This document shows, in pieces, positions 61,333 to 64,000 of a stretch of 64,000 bases of DNA. The position numbers and the translations under genes were made by a program. Below the pieces are notes generated by a model. The model ran no database searches, was not told where the DNA came from, and saw only the letters and a program-made list of their open reading frames with translations. This DNA is from Raillietiella orientalis (lineage: Eukaryota): the NCBI GenBank assembly GCA_036172245.1, contig JAYWIR010000009.1, positions 930,001-994,000 on the forward strand, read 5' to 3'. The stretch's first letter is position 1, and the number at the start of each line of letters is the position of its first letter.

Positions 61333-64000
61333 CTGGAAAGACAACACTCATGACTTGTGTGCATGCACGTGAGCGTTCATTTTTCTTCTTTTTCTTCCTG
61401 CTCTCGGCAGGCAAGCATAGCCACGAGGGAGACGAGAAGGAACGTGGTCCCTGGAGGCACGAGGAGGGACGCTTGCACCCCGGAGCAGCGCGGGGGTATC
61501 GGCAGGACATGCAGTCGCCCTTCCACCATCAGCCCACCCTCCCCGACTCCGGGCCGCTCCGTCAATCAGAGGCCTTCATTGCAGAGAAGCGGAACCCCGC
61601 CGCCCACGCGCGGCTCCTCCGAGTTCCGCTTCCTGAGCTCGGGAGTCGTTTCCGGGTAAGGGGAATCGTGGGGCCTCGCCCCCTGCCCTTCCTCGCCAAC
61701 GGCACTCGTCCTGAGGAGCCCGGGAGCGCCTTCGGCGGCTCCGTCCCTCTTCTTCCTCACCGTCACCACCGCCCCTCTCGGAGATCGAGAGCAGCCCTTT
61801 CCCCAGAGACAGCGCCATCGCGCGGAGAGAGCAGCAGTGAGGATGGCCGCGTCTCCTCTCAGCTCGGTGTCCCTGTTGCTCCCCTTGGCTGCTCTTCCTG
61901 AATTGGGGAGAGGTAGGAAACCTCACCCACGCATCCCGGACGGCAACCCGATAGCGCGCCATCGGGGAAGCGTGTGCGGAGGTTTCCCTACACTTCTTCT
62001 CCTCCCTGTCCTCCTTGTCTCTCGCTCTTTCTGTCTCGGTCCTCGGAGAGAGTTCAGTCAAAGACAGGGCAGCAGTAACCGACGCCATGACTTCCGGACA
62101 ATGGGAATGGCGGGGGGAGCGCGACACCGCCAGAGGACCTCCAAGTAGCAACGAGGTGGGAAAGACAAGCGACACCACCAGATGGTGGCCTCAACCCTAT
62201 GCCGCGACCCTGCTCCTGGAAGCAGGGCCTTCAGCAGTCGCGGACCCTCTGTGCGGGTGGATGACGAAGACACTGCCCGCACTGGTCCAGTCGAGTATCC
62301 TCAGCATACTCAGGAGGTAAACGGGAAAGAGCAGATGAACCACGCGGAAGAGCACGCGTCTTCGCGCGCAAACAGGGTGATGAAGACGTTCAACCCAGGA
62401 GTGGATCGTAGTGTATCCGTAGGACTTCATTTCGCTTCCCTGCTTCGAGAATCCCTCTCGCCAAGAGGATTTCGTCCACTTCCGACAGACGTCGGCCGTG
62501 GACTGGCGCGCACGCACTGGACCTCCGGAACACGTGCGACGCAAGTCGAACACAGAGGGGAAGAGGCAGCGGCAGAGACCCCAGCCAAGCGTCGCGTCGC
62601 CCGAGAGCTGCGAGCCTTTCCGGAACGCAGCGAGCACAGCGGAGGTGGGGTGATCACCGGCAAGCGCGAAGCTTGGTCACGGGGACGGACAAACCGCCGT
62701 CGGATGGACGAGGCGGTAGCTGTTCTTCGACCTACTGATGGGCGTGTTTCATTACTGGTGCTTTTTTCCTCCAGGCCACTGGCGACTCGGAAAAGCTGGA
62801 CTCCGAAACGAGAAACGGCCATCAGCAGCCGGATGCAGAAGGATGGAGAGAGAAAGGAAATTCGGCGCGCGGGAGTTTAAGACAGACGCGGCCCCCCGCG
62901 CGCCTACCGGAGTCGGTGAGGCTGCTCCCTGGGAAGGCGTCTTTCTGGGTGTCGCAACGTGCCAAAAAAGCGTGGAAAATGGCGGCGCACGCCAACTGCT
63001 GCGAGAGCGCTCGGGCTGGTGCCGCCGCCATCCAGGTCCCTTCTCGGACGCCGCGATCTGCGACCGCGGCAGCACAGGAGCTCGGACAAGCAAGGAGCGC
63101 CGGTGCTTCCCCGGGCACCGGCTGCGATCCCCGCAAACGGATTGAGGAGGAGGAAGGGAGGGGCACCGCGAGATGGCGGGAAACGAAGCTGTCTTTGCAA
63201 CAGTGGCTCCTTCGAGTAACGGCGGCACACGCAGCCTTTCTGCTCTTGCGTTTGCGTTTTGCACAGAGCGCAGATGGAGTTGGGTGGCTGTGGCTGAGGA
63301 AGATGGCGGCGGCTGGGCGTTTCACTCGCTTGCCTGCGTGCTGACACGTGGCATGTCAGCTGTGTTCTCTCTCGCGCGAAAGTCTGGGAAGGCGCGGACC
63401 GCCACCAGCCGACGAACCTCAGGAAAACTTCGCCTTGATCGGAAGGCACCTGCTCCCCCCCCCCTTCCTCCTCGTCTCACCTGGATCTCCAGCTCGTTGG
63501 TTCGTGACGTGATGAACCGCACGCGCTACTGCATGGTGGATAGCGTTTTTTCTTCTTGTCCGCATCGTGCGCGATCGGAGAGGACATCTCCTTAGAAAGC
63601 GGCGAGAAAGGGAAGAGCGGAAGGCAGGATTAACCTTCGCGAGCGAATCAGCTGTACGGAGGCTGAGCAGCTGCTGCTGCTGCGAGAAGGCTGTCGCCCC
63701 CCCCCCCCCGGGTCTGGTAGCCCTGCTGGACTCGCCTTTCCCCAGAGGAAGACCACGCGGGAACTCAATTGCGAGGGGGAGGGGAGGGAGGGGACAGGAG
63801 GCAGATGCGGGACTTACCCCTGACTCCACGTGTTGTGTATGTCCCCTCTCCGCTCTGCACGCGAGGAGGCGCGCGCAAGGATCCGCGCAGTTGTCCCGAG
63901 GACGCTCCGCCACTGCCGCCAGCCGTCGCAAGGCCGAAACGCACACCAAGAGCTCCCCAAACTGGCCGAGCAAAGCGGACTCGTCGCTCCACGCCGAAAC

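Overview
Eukaryotic, intron-rich, mostly GC-rich genomic DNA. It is most likely from an arthropod-like invertebrate: it has a Dusky/Miniature-type ZP gene, a TCAGT initiator and many 53-108 nt introns. Almost all long ORFs in the supplied track are GC-rich noise. Four spliced genes can be assembled exon by exon with GT-AG boundaries and consistent phases. (1) The 3' half of a receptor-type guanylyl cyclase (+, 1995-10655; 5' end not found in the window). (2) A complete cystathionine gamma-lyase (-, 17579-11477, 402 aa), convergent with the cyclase, with a candidate in-frame mitochondrial-presequence-like extension from three micro-exons at 22.36-22.65 kb. (3) A 307-aa secreted ZP-domain protein with no transmembrane anchor (+, 50837-54171). 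(4) An IRBIT/AHCYL-type S-adenosylhomocysteine hydrolase-like pseudoenzyme (-, 61332-54307), whose 3' end overlaps that of the ZP gene. Other features are an AT-rich, strongly CpG-depleted island at about 20-22.3 kb, a piggyBac-type MITE, two ~1.1-1.6 kb inverted-repeat elements, a dispersed intronic repeat family, decayed LINE/SINE-like remnants and microsatellites. No rRNA, intact tRNA or CRISPR array was seen. I see no convincing new multi-gene system; the best leads are gene-level oddities. All counts and alignments were done by eye.
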